Assembly (NCBI GenBank): GCA_030066555.1
Contig: JASJBK010000003.1
Span: 6,287 to 70,286 of the forward strand
Direction: 5' to 3'
DNA length: 64,000 nucleotides
DNA from: Halieaceae bacterium
Lineage (GTDB): Bacteria > Pseudomonadota > Gammaproteobacteria > Pseudomonadales > Halieaceae
Shown one piece after another: positions 38,211 through 48,955 of this stretch. Each line of letters begins with the position of its first letter. Position 1 is the first letter of the stretch. Position numbers and translations under genes: made by a program. Below the pieces are notes generated by a model. That model ran no database searches. It saw only the letters and a program-made list of their open reading frames with translations, and was not told the origin of the DNA.

Positions 38211-38665
38211 GTTTCATCAAGCCCCCCAGCGACAACGCCAGCACCGCCACCACCATCCTCGCCTTTGACTTCGGCCTGCGCCAGATCGGGGTGGCGGTGG
38301 GCAATCGCCAGACCGGGACCTGCCAGGCGTTAACGGTGCTGCGAGCCCGTGACGGCATCCCCGACTGGGTGGCGTTGGAAAAGCTGGTCGCCGATTGGCA
38401 ACCGGATCTGCTGCTGGTGGGCAGCCCCCTGAACATGGACGACACGGAAAGCGAGCTGTCGCGACGGGCCGCAAAGTTCGGACGCCGCATCGCCGAGCGC
38501 TGCCGGCTGCCGGTGGACTACATGGACGAGCGGCTGTCGAGCTTTGAAGCCAAGCAGTTGCTCAGGGATGCGGGACACGGGGGCGATTACCGGAAGGACC
38601 CGGCGGACAGCCTGGCCGCAAAGTTGATACTGGAGAGCTGGCTGGCGCTACACGCCTCGCCCTGA
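38207..38665 (+). CDS. ruvX: Putative pre-16S rRNA nuclease / Holliday junction resolvase-like RuvX (YqgF); start codon non-canonical, CTG 38207 proposed
   Basis: The track ORF starts at GTG 38291 (MAVGNRQTG...). The conserved catalytic N-terminus ILAFDFGLRQIGVAVG is encoded at 38255-38302, in frame upstream. No ATG/GTG/TTG is available. CTG 38207-09 overlaps the yqgE TGA 38208-10. Confidence 0.8.
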   Translation: MSFIKPPSDNASTATTILAFDFGLRQIGVAVGNRQTGTCQALTVLRARDGIPDWVALEKLVADWQPDLLLVGSPLNMDDTESELSRRAAKFGRRIAERCRLPVDYMDERLSSFEAKQLLRDAGHGGDYRKDPADSLAAKLILESWLALHASP

Positions 38666-38674
38666 ACCCTCACG

Positions 38675-39814
38675 CTAGCGCATGAAGTTCTGGCGCTCGC
38701 CCTCGTCGTCTTCCATGCTCAACTCCGGTGCAGTCGCTACACCGTCGGCGCCGTCGGCATCGAGCTTGATCATCAGGCGCAGGTCGTTGCGCGAATCCGC
38801 GTGAGCCAGCGCCTTCTCCTCGTCGATAGCGCCTTCCTTGAAAAGGCGGAACAGGGCCTGGTCGAAAGTCTGCATGCCCTGTTCGTTAGAGCTGGCCATC
38901 AGCTCCTTGAGCAGGTGTACCTCGCCCTTGCGAATCAGGTCGGAGACCAGCGGCGTGTTCAGCAGCACCTCGATCACCGCGCGACGGCTCTTGCCGTCCT
39001 TCGTTGGCACCAGCTGTTGTGCCACCATCCCCTTGAGGTTCAGAGACAGGTCCATCCAGATCTGGTCGTGACGCTCTACCGGGAAGAAGTGCTGGATGCG
39101 GTCCAGTGCCTGGTTGGCGTTGTTGGCGTGCAGGGTGCACAGGCACAGGTGACCGGTTTCCGCAAAGGTGATCGCCTGCTCCATGGTTTCCTTGGTCCGC
39201 ACCTCACCAATCATGATCACGTCCGGTGCCTGGCGCAGGGTATTCTTCAGGGCCACCTCGAAACTGTCGGTATCGATACCCACCTCGCGCTGGGTGACGA
39301 TGCAGCCCGCGTGCTCGTGGATGAATTCGATCGGATCCTCGATGCTGATGATGTGGCCCGTGGAGTTCTTGTTGCGATAGCCGATCATGGACGCCAGCGA
39401 GGTGGACTTACCGGTACCGGTGGCGCCCACAAAGATAATCAGGCCGCGCTTGGTCATGGCCAGATCCCTGATCACCGTCGGCAGTTTCAGGTCCTCGATG
39501 GTGGGAATGGTGGTCTCGATGCGGCGCAGCACCATGCCAGGCTGGTTGCGCTGGTAAAAGGCGCTGGCACGGAAACGACCGATGGAATCGCGAGCCACGG
39601 CGAAGTTGCACTCGTGGTGTTCGTCGAATTCCGCGCGCTGATCATCGCTCATGACACCGGTGACGACCTTGAACACCTGGTCAGGGGAAAGGATGTGATC
39701 GGAAACCGGCATTACCTTGCCGTTGATCTTGAGACTGGGGGCCACGCCCGCGGTGATAAAGGCGTCAGAGGCGCCCTTGTCCACCATGAACTTTAACAGC
39801 TTATCGATATCCAC
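38675..39814 (-). CDS. pilU: Type IV pilus retraction ATPase PilU
   Basis: 379-aa ORF (MDIDKLLKFMVDKGASDAFITAG..., Walker A GATGTGKST). It lies downstream of pilT. Confidence 0.9.
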   Translation of the reverse strand: MDIDKLLKFMVDKGASDAFITAGVAPSLKINGKVMPVSDHILSPDQVFKVVTGVMSDDQRAEFDEHHECNFAVARDSIGRFRASAFYQRNQPGMVLRRIETTIPTIEDLKLPTVIRDLAMTKRGLIIFVGATGTGKSTSLASMIGYRNKNSTGHIISIEDPIEFIHEHAGCIVTQREVGIDTDSFEVALKNTLRQAPDVIMIGEVRTKETMEQAITFAETGHLCLCTLHANNANQALDRIQHFFPVERHDQIWMDLSLNLKGMVAQQLVPTKDGKSRRAVIEVLLNTPLVSDLIRKGEVHLLKELMASSNEQGMQTFDQALFRLFKEGAIDEEKALAHADSRNDLRLMIKLDADGADGVATAPELSMEDDEGERQNFMR

Positions 39815-39861
39815 TGGTTCTCTCCCTCAATCTCTTTCGCGCCGTCGCGCCAGGCGATCGC

Positions 39862-40896
39862 CTAGAAATTCTCCGGCATCTTGGCCTTCTCTTTGGCAGC
39901 CTCACGGCTGATCAGCCGCTTCTCCAGCAGGCGCTCCAGGCACTGGTCCAGGGTCTGCATGCCAATGGAGCCACCCGTCTGGATCGCCGAGTACATCTGC
40001 GCCACTTTATCCTCGCGGATCAGGTTACGGATCGCCGAGGTACCGCGCATAATCTCGTGGGCCGCCACCCGGCCACCGCCCTGCTTCTTCAGAAGCGTCT
40101 GGGAAATCACCGCCTGCAAGGATTCCGACAGCATGGAGCGCACCATGGCTTTCTCCGCCGCCGGGAACACGTCGATGATACGGTCGATGGTCTTGGCCGC
40201 GGACTGGGTGTGCAAGGTGCCGAATACCAGGTGACCGGTCTCCGCCGCTTCCAGCGCCAGCTTGATGGTTTCCAGGTCGCGAAGCTCGCCCACCAGGATG
40301 ATGTCGGGGTCTTCCCGCAGTGCCGAGCGCAGCGCCTCGTTGAAGCCCAGCGTATCCTTGTGCACCTCGCGCTGGTTAATCAGGCACTTCTTGCTCTCGT
40401 GCACAAATTCGATCGGATCCTCGATGGTGAGGATGTGCTGGTAGCGTGTGTCATTGATGAAGTCGATGATCGCCGCCAGCGTGGTGGACTTGCCGGAGCC
40501 GGTCGGACCGGTCACCAGCATCAGTCCGCGGGGTACTTCCGCGATATCCTTGAACACCTGGCCCATACCCAGGTCTTCCATGGTCAACACCTTGGAGGGA
40601 ATGGTCCGAAATACGCCACCGGCACCGCGGTTCTGGTTGAAGGCATTGACGCGGAAGCGGGACACGCCGGGAACTTCGAAGGAGAAGTCCGTCTCCAGGA
40701 ACTCTTCGAAATCCTTGCGCTGCTTATCGTTCATGATCTCGTAGATCAGGTCGTGTACCTGCTTGTGATCCATGGGCGGCAGGTTGATGCGGCGCACATC
40801 GCCGTCCACCCGGATCATCGGCGGCAGGCCGGCCGAGAGGTGCAAATCCGACGCGCCTTGCTTGGCGCTGAATGCGAGCAATTCCGTGATATCCAT
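39862..40896 (-). CDS. pilT: Type IV pilus twitching motility ATPase PilT
   Basis: 344-aa ORF (MDITELLAFSAKQGASDLHLSAG..., Walker A GPTGSGKST, AIRNLIRE motif). Confidence 0.95.
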   Translation of the reverse strand: MDITELLAFSAKQGASDLHLSAGLPPMIRVDGDVRRINLPPMDHKQVHDLIYEIMNDKQRKDFEEFLETDFSFEVPGVSRFRVNAFNQNRGAGGVFRTIPSKVLTMEDLGMGQVFKDIAEVPRGLMLVTGPTGSGKSTTLAAIIDFINDTRYQHILTIEDPIEFVHESKKCLINQREVHKDTLGFNEALRSALREDPDIILVGELRDLETIKLALEAAETGHLVFGTLHTQSAAKTIDRIIDVFPAAEKAMVRSMLSESLQAVISQTLLKKQGGGRVAAHEIMRGTSAIRNLIREDKVAQMYSAIQTGGSIGMQTLDQCLERLLEKRLISREAAKEKAKMPENF

Positions 40897-41218
40897 AGAC
40901 TTCGGCTCCCCTGTCCTAGCCGTCAGATCTTTGTAGCCGCTGCGTCTCCCTCAGGAGTCTCCCGGGGAGCACATCGCGGTGTTTCACCGTCCTTTATTAT
41001 CCAGCCCGGCCCGGCCATTCTGGCCGACGGTCCAACGCCGCGCGCTCTCGCAACGCCAGACCGCAGTCATGTGTGGCGCGTTACCCTCACAGATACCTCA
41101 ATTTCAGATACCTCTATAATGGCTGTCGATCCGGCCTGACAAACCGCCTCTCGAGTCCCACTCTAATGCAGAAAAACCGTCGAGGAGATGAGTGCTAGCT
41201 ACCGCACCAACCCGCGCC

Positions 41219-41905
41219 ATGACTGACCTTGCAGTAGCCAAGAATATCGCAAAGCTCGAAAAGAGAATACGAATCGCGTCACAAAATTGCGGTCGCGATG
41301 CGCGCCAGGTCACACTGCTGGCGGTGGCCAAAACCAAACCCGCCGCAGCCGTTCGCGAGGCCGCTGCAGCGGGCGTCATCGATATCGGCGAGAACTACCT
41401 GCAGGAATCCCTCGACAAGATGGCGGAGCTTTCCGACCTGCCGCTGCGCTGGCATTTCATCGGGCCACTGCAGTCCAACAAGACCCGCGCCGTGGCCGAG
41501 CATTTCGACTGGGTGCACAGCGTGGACCGTCTCAAAATCGCCCGGCGGTTGTCCGAGCAGCGCCCGCAGGAATTGCCGCCACTCAACCTGTGCCTGCAGG
41601 TCAACATCAGCAATGAAGAGAGCAAGGCAGGTGTCGGACTCGACGAGCTGCCGGCGCTGGCCGCCGAGGTGGCGAGACTGCCACAGCTCAGGCTACGCGG
41701 CTTGATGGCCATCCCCGCTCCCAGCGACGATCCGGCTGAGCAGCGCGCGGCCTTTGCTGCCCTGCGGCACGCCCTGGAGGGGCTGCAGGCGAGCATCGAC
41801 GGGCTGGACACTTTGTCGATGGGCATGTCCCGGGACCTGGAGGCCGCTATCGCCGAGGGCGCAACCATGGTGCGCGTCGGCACGGATATCTTCGGGCCGC
41901 GCTAA
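41219..41905 (+). CDS. yggS: PLP-binding homeostasis protein YggS
   Basis: ORF 41192..41905. Start taken as ATG 41219 (MTDLAVAKNIAKLEKRI..LLAVAKTKP..GENYLQE), aligned with the E. coli YggS N-terminus. Confidence 0.9.
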   Translation: MTDLAVAKNIAKLEKRIRIASQNCGRDARQVTLLAVAKTKPAAAVREAAAAGVIDIGENYLQESLDKMAELSDLPLRWHFIGPLQSNKTRAVAEHFDWVHSVDRLKIARRLSEQRPQELPPLNLCLQVNISNEESKAGVGLDELPALAAEVARLPQLRLRGLMAIPAPSDDPAEQRAAFAALRHALEGLQASIDGLDTLSMGMSRDLEAAIAEGATMVRVGTDIFGPR

Positions 41906-41976
41906 GCCGCGTGTATACTCTGCTGCCTTTATAGACAACCGGGCGATATTACCGGGCTACTCACAACGGGACGAAT

Positions 41977-42798
41977 GTGAAGCATCTCAGGGTTGGTTTC
42001 ATTGGCGCCGGCAACATGGCGTCCAGCATCATCGGCGGACTGCTCGAGCAGGGCATGCCAGCGGAAAATATCTGCGCCAGCGATCCCACTCCCGAGGCGA
42101 TCGAGCGGCTGCGACAGTTGGCACCGGTGGGTACCACCCAGGACAACGCCGAGGCGGTCAACGGCGCGGATGTTGTGGTACTTTCGGTCAAGCCGCAGGT
42201 GATGGCCGAGGCGGCGGCCAGCATTCGCGAGCCGCTGGCCGCCAGCGGCGCCATGGCGGTCTCCATCGCTGCCGGCATTACCCTGGCCAGTCTCGAAGCC
42301 GCCCTCGGCGAGGGCACCCCGGTAGTGCGCTGCATGCCCAATACGCCGGCGCTGCTTCGGGAAGGTGCTGCGGCACTGCACGCCAACGGCGCCTGCGGCC
42401 CCGCCCAGCGGGAGATTGCCGAGGTCATTCTCGGTGCCGTCGGCAGTGTCTGCTGGGTACCCGAAGAGAGCCAGATTGATACGGTTACAGCCCTGTCCGG
42501 CAGCGGCCCCGCTTATTTCTTCCTGTTCCTGGAAGCCATGGTCGATGCGGCCGAGGAGCTGGGCCTCGACCGGGAGACCAGCAAACAGCTCGCAGTACAG
42601 ACTGCGCTGGGATCGGCGCGCATGGCCGCCGAGGGCGATATCGACCTGCAGGAACTGCGGCGGCGTGTCACCAGCCCGGGTGGAACCACCGAGCGCGCCA
42701 TACAGAGCTTCGAAGCTGCGGGCTTGAGAGAAATTGTCAGTGCGGCCATACGGGCTGCCGCCGAACGCTCCCGGGAACTTGCCGGGGAACTGGGATAG
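41977..42798 (+). CDS. proC: Pyrroline-5-carboxylate reductase
   Basis: 273-aa ORF (VGFIGAGNMASSIIGGL..., SPGGTTE). Confidence 0.93.
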   Translation: MKHLRVGFIGAGNMASSIIGGLLEQGMPAENICASDPTPEAIERLRQLAPVGTTQDNAEAVNGADVVVLSVKPQVMAEAAASIREPLAASGAMAVSIAAGITLASLEAALGEGTPVVRCMPNTPALLREGAAALHANGACGPAQREIAEVILGAVGSVCWVPEESQIDTVTALSGSGPAYFFLFLEAMVDAAEELGLDRETSKQLAVQTALGSARMAAEGDIDLQELRRRVTSPGGTTERAIQSFEAAGLREIVSAAIRAAAERSRELAGELG

Positions 42799-42804
42799 AA
42801 CGCT

Positions 42805-43392
42805 ATGGGTCCGATTGCCGATTCCTTCACCCTGTTGGTGAACGTGTTTTTCAACCTGCTGATGCTGCTGGTGCTGTTGCGCTTCCTGATGCAGCTGGTG
42901 CGCGCCGACTTTTACAACCCCATCAGCCAGGCAGTAGCAAAGATGACCAACCCCTTGCTGTTTCCCCTGCGGAAGCTGATACCGGGCTACGGTGGTTTCG
43001 ACATCGCCTCCCTGGTGCTGCTGTTACTGGCGGAACTGCTCGCTACTTTCGTGCTGGGCCTGGTAAAAGGGGTGGGCCTGGTACCGCCCCTGCTGGCCAT
43101 CCTCTGGGCGCCGCTGGGGATTGTGAGCCTGTTCCTGAATTTCTACTTCTTCGCAATCCTCGCCATGATCATTCTCAGCTGGGTGGCCCCAGGCAGCCCC
43201 AGCCCGGTGATCTACCTGCTGCACCAGCTCACCGAGCCGGTCATGGCGCCATTCCGCAAGCTGCTTCCCAACATGGGCGGCCTGGACCTGTCGCCGATCC
43301 TGGTGTTTGTCGCCATCCAGATCGCGCAAATCTTTGTCAGCTACGCGGCCCGCGGCGTTAACCTGCAGCCGGCGCTGGTGGTCGGCTTCTGA
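42805..43392 (+). CDS. yggT: YggT family membrane protein
   Basis: 195-aa ORF with two YGGT-type repeats ([16 protein letters not shown]; [16 protein letters not shown]). Confidence 0.88.
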   Translation: MGPIADSFTLLVNVFFNLLMLLVLLRFLMQLVRADFYNPISQAVAKMTNPLLFPLRKLIPGYGGFDIASLVLLLLAELLATFVLGLVKGVGLVPPLLAILWAPLGIVSLFLNFYFFAILAMIILSWVAPGSPSPVIYLLHQLTEPVMAPFRKLLPNMGGLDLSPILVFVAIQIAQIFVSYAARGVNLQPALVVGF

Positions 43393-43399
43393 CAGCCAT

Positions 43400-44545
43400 A
43401 TGTACTCCGCGGACACCAAGGACAGCGTCGGGCTGGTCACCCCGCAGCGCGCAGAATTCCCGGAAGGCCTGACACTTGCCTGCGGGCGCCGTCTGCCGAA
43501 GTTCGAGCTGGTGTATGAGACCTACGGTGAGTTGAATGCCGACGCCAGCAATGCGGTCCTGGTATGCCACGCCCTGAGCGGCCACCACCATGCCGCCGGC
43601 TATCACAATGAGACCGATCGCAAGCCCGGCTGGTGGGAGTCCTGCATAGGCCCCGGCAAGGCCATCGATACCAACCATTTCTTCGTTGTCAGCCTCAACA
43701 ACCTGGGCGGCTGTCACGGCTCCACCGGGCCGCTAAGCGTCGACCCGGACAGCGGCGAGGAGTACGGCCCCGACTTCCCGCCCCTGCGCGCCCGCGACTG
43801 GGTACACAGCCAGGCGATGCTGGCGGACCGCCTTGGCATCCCCAGCTGGGCGGCGGTGATCGGCGGCAGCCTCGGCGGTATGCAGGCCATGCGCTGGGCG
43901 CTGGAGTATCCCGACCGGGTGCGCCACTGCGTGGTGATCGCCGCGGCCCTCAAGCTGAGCGCCCAGAACATCGCCTTCAACGAGATTGCCCGCCAGGCCA
44001 TCACATCGGATCCGGCCTTTCACGGCGGGCGCTACCGCCAGCACCAGGCCGTACCCCGGGACGGGCTGGCCATCGCCCGCATGGTCGGCCACATCACCTA
44101 CCTCTCGGACGATGCCATGGCCGACCGCTTCGGGCGCGACCTGCGCTCCGGAAACCTGGCGCTGGGCAGTGACGAGGGCGTCGAGTTCCAGGTGCAGAGC
44201 TACCTGCGCCACCAGGGCAGCACCTTCAGTGAAAGCTTCGACGCCAACACCTACATCCTTATGACCCGGGCGCTGGATTATTTCGACCTGGCCCGCGAGT
44301 ACGGCGACGACCCGGTGGCCGCCTTTGCCGAGGCCAGTGCCTCCTTCCTGGTCATGTCATTCAGCACCGACTGGCGATTTTCGCCCTCGCGGTCGCGGGA
44401 AATCGTCGACGCCCTGCTGGCCGCCGGCAAGTCGGTTTCCTACGCAGAAATCCAGGCCGACCAGGGCCATGACGCCTTCCTGCTGCCGATACCGCGCTAC
44501 GTGGAAGTGTTCTCCGCCTATATGCAGCGGGTACGCGGGGCATGA
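43400..44545 (+). CDS. metX: Homoserine O-acyltransferase MetX (acetyl- or succinyl-transferase)
   Basis: ORF 43307..44545. Start moved to ATG 43400, after the yggT stop. Contains [11 protein letters not shown]..., GGSLGGMQA nucleophile elbow. metW follows. Confidence 0.92.
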   Translation: MYSADTKDSVGLVTPQRAEFPEGLTLACGRRLPKFELVYETYGELNADASNAVLVCHALSGHHHAAGYHNETDRKPGWWESCIGPGKAIDTNHFFVVSLNNLGGCHGSTGPLSVDPDSGEEYGPDFPPLRARDWVHSQAMLADRLGIPSWAAVIGGSLGGMQAMRWALEYPDRVRHCVVIAAALKLSAQNIAFNEIARQAITSDPAFHGGRYRQHQAVPRDGLAIARMVGHITYLSDDAMADRFGRDLRSGNLALGSDEGVEFQVQSYLRHQGSTFSESFDANTYILMTRALDYFDLAREYGDDPVAAFAEASASFLVMSFSTDWRFSPSRSREIVDALLAAGKSVSYAEIQADQGHDAFLLPIPRYVEVFSAYMQRVRGA

Positions 44546-45132
44546 GACAGGACCTCACCCATATCCAGCAGTGGATCAAGCCCGGCTCGCGGGTGCTTGA
44601 CCTGGCCTGCGGCGACGGCGAGTTCCTGGCCCGGCTGCAAGCGGAGCGCGATGTGAAGGGTATCGGCCTGGAGATCGATGCCGGCAGCATCAGCGCCGGG
44701 ATCGCCCGCGGCCTCAACATTATCGAGCAGAACCTCGACCGGGGGCTGGATAATTTTCGCGATGACAGTTTCGACACCGTGGTGATGGCCCACGCCCTGC
44801 AGGCGGTGCGCTACCCGCACCTGGTGCTGGATGAAATGCTGCGCATCGGACGCGAGTGCATTGTTACCTTCCCCAATTTCGGCCAGTGGCGCTGCCGCCT
44901 CTATCTCGGCAGTCGGGGACGTATGCCCGTGTCGAAGTTCATGCCCTACACCTGGTACGACACGCCCAACATCCACTTCTGTACCGTTCGGGATTTTGAA
45001 AGCCTTTGCCAGGAGCGTGCCATTCGCATCCTGCAGCGCGACATGGTGGGGCCCGCCAATAACGGCGGGGTACTGGCGAAGGCCTGGCCCAACCTGTTCG
45101 CCACCACGGCGATCTACCACATCAGCCGCTGA
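44542..45132 (+). CDS. metW: Methionine biosynthesis protein MetW
   Basis: 196-aa ORF ([22 protein letters not shown]). ATGA overlap with metX. Confidence 0.92.
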   Translation: MRQDLTHIQQWIKPGSRVLDLACGDGEFLARLQAERDVKGIGLEIDAGSISAGIARGLNIIEQNLDRGLDNFRDDSFDTVVMAHALQAVRYPHLVLDEMLRIGRECIVTFPNFGQWRCRLYLGSRGRMPVSKFMPYTWYDTPNIHFCTVRDFESLCQERAIRILQRDMVGPANNGGVLAKAWPNLFATTAIYHISR

Positions 45133-45153
45133 GCGCCGCAACAGGAGAGCAGG

Positions 45154-45771
45154 ATGAGCACCGACATCAAACCCCACCGGGTCGTTATTGCCAGCGGCAA
45201 TCGCGGCAAGCTGGCCGAATTCGCCGACCTGCTGGCACAGTGGAATTGCGAAGCCGTGCCCCAGTCCGCGTTCGACATCGAGCCGGTGGATGAAACCGGT
45301 GACAGCTTCGTCGAGAACGCCCTGCTCAAGGCCAATGCCGCCTCACACTACAGCGGCCTGCCGGCCATCGCTGACGACTCGGGCCTGATCGTCGACGCCC
45401 TCGACGGCGCACCGGGTATCTTCTCGGCGCGCTACGCCGGTGAGGATGCCAGCGATACCGACAACAACCATAAGCTGCTGGCGGCCCTGGCGGGTGTTCC
45501 CGAAGAGGCGCGCAGCGCCCGCTTCCACTGCGCCCTGGTGTTCCTGCGCCACTGGCAGGATCCCAATCCCGTGATCTGCCAGGCGGACTGGGAGGGGCGC
45601 ATCCTGTTCGAACCCACGGGCAGCGGTGGCTTCGGCTACGACCCGCTGTTCTTTGTGCCCTCGGAGAATGCCAGCGCGGCTCAGTTGGACGCCGCCACCA
45701 AGAACCGCATCAGTCATCGGGGCCAGGCCATGGCCCTGCTGCTGGACGCGCTTGCACAGGAGCTCGGGTGA
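45154..45771 (+). CDS. rdgB: dITP/XTP pyrophosphatase (RdgB/HAM1 family)
   Basis: 205-aa ORF (VVIASGNRGKLAEF..., ADDSGL, GFGYDPLF, SHRG). Confidence 0.93.
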   Translation: MSTDIKPHRVVIASGNRGKLAEFADLLAQWNCEAVPQSAFDIEPVDETGDSFVENALLKANAASHYSGLPAIADDSGLIVDALDGAPGIFSARYAGEDASDTDNNHKLLAALAGVPEEARSARFHCALVFLRHWQDPNPVICQADWEGRILFEPTGSGGFGYDPLFFVPSENASAAQLDAATKNRISHRGQAMALLLDALAQELG

Positions 45772-46910
45772 GCGCGCTGCAGCTGCCGCCGCTCAGCCTC
45801 TACATCCACATACCCTGGTGCGAGCGCAAATGTCCCTACTGCGATTTCAACTCGCACCAGTACGAGGGCACTGTTCCCGAGACCGAGTATGTCGCGGCAC
45901 TCCTGCGCGACCTCGACGCCGACCTGGCGCTGGCACAGGGGCGCTCACTGGTATCGATCTTCATCGGCGGCGGCACTCCCAGCCTGGTCTCCACCGCTGC
46001 CCTTAAATCCCTGCTCGACGGAGTGCGCTCCCGACTGCCGCTGGCTGCCGACTGCGAGATCACCCTGGAAGCCAACCCGAGCAGTGCCGAGGCGGAGAAG
46101 TTTGCAGGCTTTGTCGACGCCGGCGTCAACCGCATCTCACTGGGTGTGCAGAGTTTCGATGACGACTGCCTGCGAGCACTGGGGCGGGTGCACGATGCCG
46201 AGCAGGCCCGGCGCGCAGTCGGCATGGCTCAGGCTGCGGGCATCGACAGCCTCAATATCGACCTGATGCACGGCCTTCCCGGCCAATCCGTTGCCGGGGC
46301 CTGTGCCGATCTCAAGCAGGCCATCGACTTCGCGCCCGCCCACCTGTCCTGGTACCAGCTCACCATCGAGCGCAATACCGCTTTCTACAAGCGACCGCCG
46401 GTGCTGCCGGTCGAGGACGCGCTCGGGGACATCCAGGACGCCGGCGAGACGCTGCTGGGACAGGCGGGCTTTGGCAACTACGAGGTGTCTGCCTATGCGC
46501 AGCCAGGCTTTCGCTGTCGCCACAACCTCAACTACTGGGAATTTGGCGATTACCTGGGAATTGGCGCCGGTGCCCACGGCAAGCTCTCGGTAATGGATTC
46601 CGGGACCATCCGCCGCACCGCCAAACGGCGGCAGCCCGCCGAGTACCTGGCTGCTGAAGACGCCCATAGCGCGGGGCAGTTGCTCGCCAGGGAGGACCTG
46701 CCCGGGGATTTCATGCTCAATGCACTGAGGCTCAGTGACGGCTTTTCAACAGCGCTTTACGAGGCGCGCACCGGGTTGTCATTGGACACGGTGTCCGACA
46801 TCCTCGAGCAGCTGGCTGACCGCGGATTGCTGGAGTGGAGCGGTGCAGTAATCCGACCCACGCCACTGGGGCGGCGCTACCTGGACAGCCTGGTCAGCGA
46901 GTTCCTTTAG
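45768..46910 (+). CDS. hemW: Radical SAM heme chaperone HemW (oxygen-independent coproporphyrinogen III oxidase-like)
   Basis: 380-aa ORF (LYIHIPWCERKCPYCDFNSH CxxxCxxC). GTGA overlap with rdgB. Confidence 0.9.
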   Translation: MSALQLPPLSLYIHIPWCERKCPYCDFNSHQYEGTVPETEYVAALLRDLDADLALAQGRSLVSIFIGGGTPSLVSTAALKSLLDGVRSRLPLAADCEITLEANPSSAEAEKFAGFVDAGVNRISLGVQSFDDDCLRALGRVHDAEQARRAVGMAQAAGIDSLNIDLMHGLPGQSVAGACADLKQAIDFAPAHLSWYQLTIERNTAFYKRPPVLPVEDALGDIQDAGETLLGQAGFGNYEVSAYAQPGFRCRHNLNYWEFGDYLGIGAGAHGKLSVMDSGTIRRTAKRRQPAEYLAAEDAHSAGQLLAREDLPGDFMLNALRLSDGFSTALYEARTGLSLDTVSDILEQLADRGLLEWSGAVIRPTPLGRRYLDSLVSEFL

Positions 46911-46972
46911 TTAAAGGGAGTGGTTGAAGGGATTAGCTGAGGGTGTTAGCTGCGCCCGTTGGCGCGCTGCCG

Positions 46973-47659
46973 CTAGCCGCGCCGCTCGAACACCAGGTCC
47001 CAGACCCCGTGACCCAGGCGCTGGCCGCGCTGCTCGAACTTGGTGAGCGGCCGGTGCTCCGGGCGCGGTGAGTACTGACCCGCCCCGGCGCGATTCTCGA
47101 GTCGCGCTTCTGCCGACAGGACCTCGAGCATGTGCTCGGCATAGTTCTCCCAGTCGGTGGCCAGGTGCAGGAAACCACCCGGTTTGAGCCGCTCGCACAG
47201 CAGGCCCACAAACGCGGGCTGGATGAGGCGGCGCTTGTGGTGCCGCTTCTTGTGCCAGGGATCCGGGAAGAAGATCTGGATGCCGTCGAGACTGGCTGGG
47301 GTAATACACTCCTCCAGTACCAGCACCGCGTCGTCGCAGTAAACGCGAATATTCTCCACGTCCCGCTCCATCATGCTGTGCAGCAGACGCCCGACCCCGG
47401 GGCGGTGCACCTCGATGCCCAGGTAGTCAGTAGCGGGCTCCGCTGCCGCCATATCCACCAGCGACTGGCCCATGCCAAAGCCGATTTCCATGACCAGCGG
47501 TGCCTCGCGATCGAAGGCGGCAACGGGGTCCAGCGGGCCGTCTTCCCTGGCGAGGCCGTAGCGAGGCAGGCCGGCTTCCAGGGCGCGGCGCTGGCCCTCG
47601 GTGATACGACCGGGCCGGACTACGAAACTGCGGATACGTCCATGCTCGTCGGTACTCAC
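46973..47659 (-). CDS. trmB: tRNA (guanine46-N7)-methyltransferase
   Basis: ORF 46973..47833. Start moved to GTG 47659 ([23 protein letters not shown]...), which makes a GTGA overlap with the upstream stop. Contains MEIGFGMG..., [15 protein letters not shown]. Confidence 0.88.
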   Translation of the reverse strand: MSTDEHGRIRSFVVRPGRITEGQRRALEAGLPRYGLAREDGPLDPVAAFDREAPLVMEIGFGMGQSLVDMAAAEPATDYLGIEVHRPGVGRLLHSMMERDVENIRVYCDDAVLVLEECITPASLDGIQIFFPDPWHKKRHHKRRLIQPAFVGLLCERLKPGGFLHLATDWENYAEHMLEVLSAEARLENRAGAGQYSPRPEHRPLTKFEQRGQRLGHGVWDLVFERRG

Positions 47660-48057
47660 GACTGCCTGCGCCCCGGGCCCAGGGACCAGGCCAGCAACAG
47701 CGACCAGCCGGCGATAAAGGACAGGCCACCGAGTGGCGTGATCGCGCCAAGCCAGCGAATACCCGTCGTGCTCAACAGATATAGGCTGCCGCTGAACAGC
47801 ACCAGGCCGACCGTAAAGGCCAGGCCTGCCCAATGCAGCAGGCGCGGGGCGCTCGCCACCCGGCCCAGCAGGGCCACAGCCAGCAGGGCCAGGGTGTGGG
47901 CGAAGTGGTATTCCACGGCGGTCTCAAAAATGCCCATGGAGCGGGCGTCGAGTTGGGCGCGCAGCGCATGGGCACCGAAGGCGCCCAGGGCTACCGCCAG
48001 CAGTCCACTGCCAGCGGCGATTCCAAGAAAAGGGGAGTGGTTGGGCTCAGGCTGCAC
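47656..48057 (-). CDS. DUF423 (YgdD-like) small membrane protein
   Basis: 133-aa ORF with four TM segments and the GAFGAH motif. Confidence 0.8.
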   Translation of the reverse strand: MQPEPNHSPFLGIAAGSGLLAVALGAFGAHALRAQLDARSMGIFETAVEYHFAHTLALLAVALLGRVASAPRLLHWAGLAFTVGLVLFSGSLYLLSTTGIRWLGAITPLGGLSFIAGWSLLLAWSLGPGRRQS

Positions 48058-48066
48058 GGTAGCCGA

Positions 48067-48933
48067 TCAGGCTTCCATGCTGGCCCGAAGCTTCTTCATG
48101 GCATTCTGCTCGAGCTGGCGAATGCGCTCGGCTGAAACGCCGTACTCGGCCGCCAGTTCCTGCAGGGTGGCCTTGTCCTCCGCCAGCCAGCGGCGGGCGA
48201 CGATATCCTGGCTGCGCTCATCCAGGTCACGCAACGCAATGTGCAGCCTGGTCTCACTGCTGTCCTGCCAGTCGGCGTCTTCCACCAGGCTGGCCGGGTC
48301 CTGGCGGCGATCTTCGAGATAGTTGGCCGGCGCCTGCCAGGCCTCGTCGTCGTCGCTGTCCACAGGTGATTCGAAAGCCGTGTCGTAAGAGCTGAGACGG
48401 CCTTCCATGCTTTGCACATCCTTGACGTCGACGTTGAGATCAGCGGCGATGGCTTCTGCCTCTGCCTGGCTCAACCAGCCGAGCTGCTTCTTCTGGCCGC
48501 GCAGGTTGAAGAACAGCTTGCGCTGGGCCTTGGTGGTGGCGATCTTGACGATGCGCCAGTTGCGCAGGATGAATTCATGGATCTCAGCCTTGATCCAGTG
48601 CACCGCGAAGGACACAAGGCGTACGCCGCGGGCCGGGTCAAAACGCTTGACGGCCTTCATCAGGCCGACATTGCCTTCCTGAATCAGGTCGGCCTCGGGC
48701 AGGCCGTAACCGGAGTAGCTGCGGGCGATGTGCACCACGAAACGCAGGTGCGACATAACCAGCTGTCGGGCGGCGTCGAGGTTGTTGTTGTGGTAGAGAT
48801 CTTCTGCCAGCTCCTGCTCGCGCTCCTGGCTCAGCACGGGAATGCTGCCCACGGCCTGTACATAGGCCGCCAGGTTGGCGCCGGGAACAAGCTGGTCTAC
48901 GGGTGCAAGACTGGTACTCATTGCTCTGGTCAT
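48067..48933 (-). CDS. rpoH: RNA polymerase sigma-32 (heat-shock sigma factor)
   Basis: ORF 48067..48966. Start taken as ATG 48933 ([12 protein letters not shown], compare E. coli MTDKMQSLALAPV), preceded by GAGGAA. The RpoH box QRKLFFNLR is present. Confidence 0.95.
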   Translation of the reverse strand: MTRAMSTSLAPVDQLVPGANLAAYVQAVGSIPVLSQEREQELAEDLYHNNNLDAARQLVMSHLRFVVHIARSYSGYGLPEADLIQEGNVGLMKAVKRFDPARGVRLVSFAVHWIKAEIHEFILRNWRIVKIATTKAQRKLFFNLRGQKKQLGWLSQAEAEAIAADLNVDVKDVQSMEGRLSSYDTAFESPVDSDDDEAWQAPANYLEDRRQDPASLVEDADWQDSSETRLHIALRDLDERSQDIVARRWLAEDKATLQELAAEYGVSAERIRQLEQNAMKKLRASMEA

Positions 48934-48955
48934 TTCCTCGATTGGGTTGGCGATT

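Noticed and set aside
40897-41090. Partial resemblance of CCCGGCCATTCTGGCCGACGGTCC (pilT upstream region) to the 3-prime part of the 58-nt repeat core.
   Set aside because: Only a short GC-rich hairpin plus GACGGTCC is shared. The diagnostic GCTAAAAGCGTGACGTCCATGTCTCGCTCG half is missing. This is probably a chance similarity in a GC-rich spacer.
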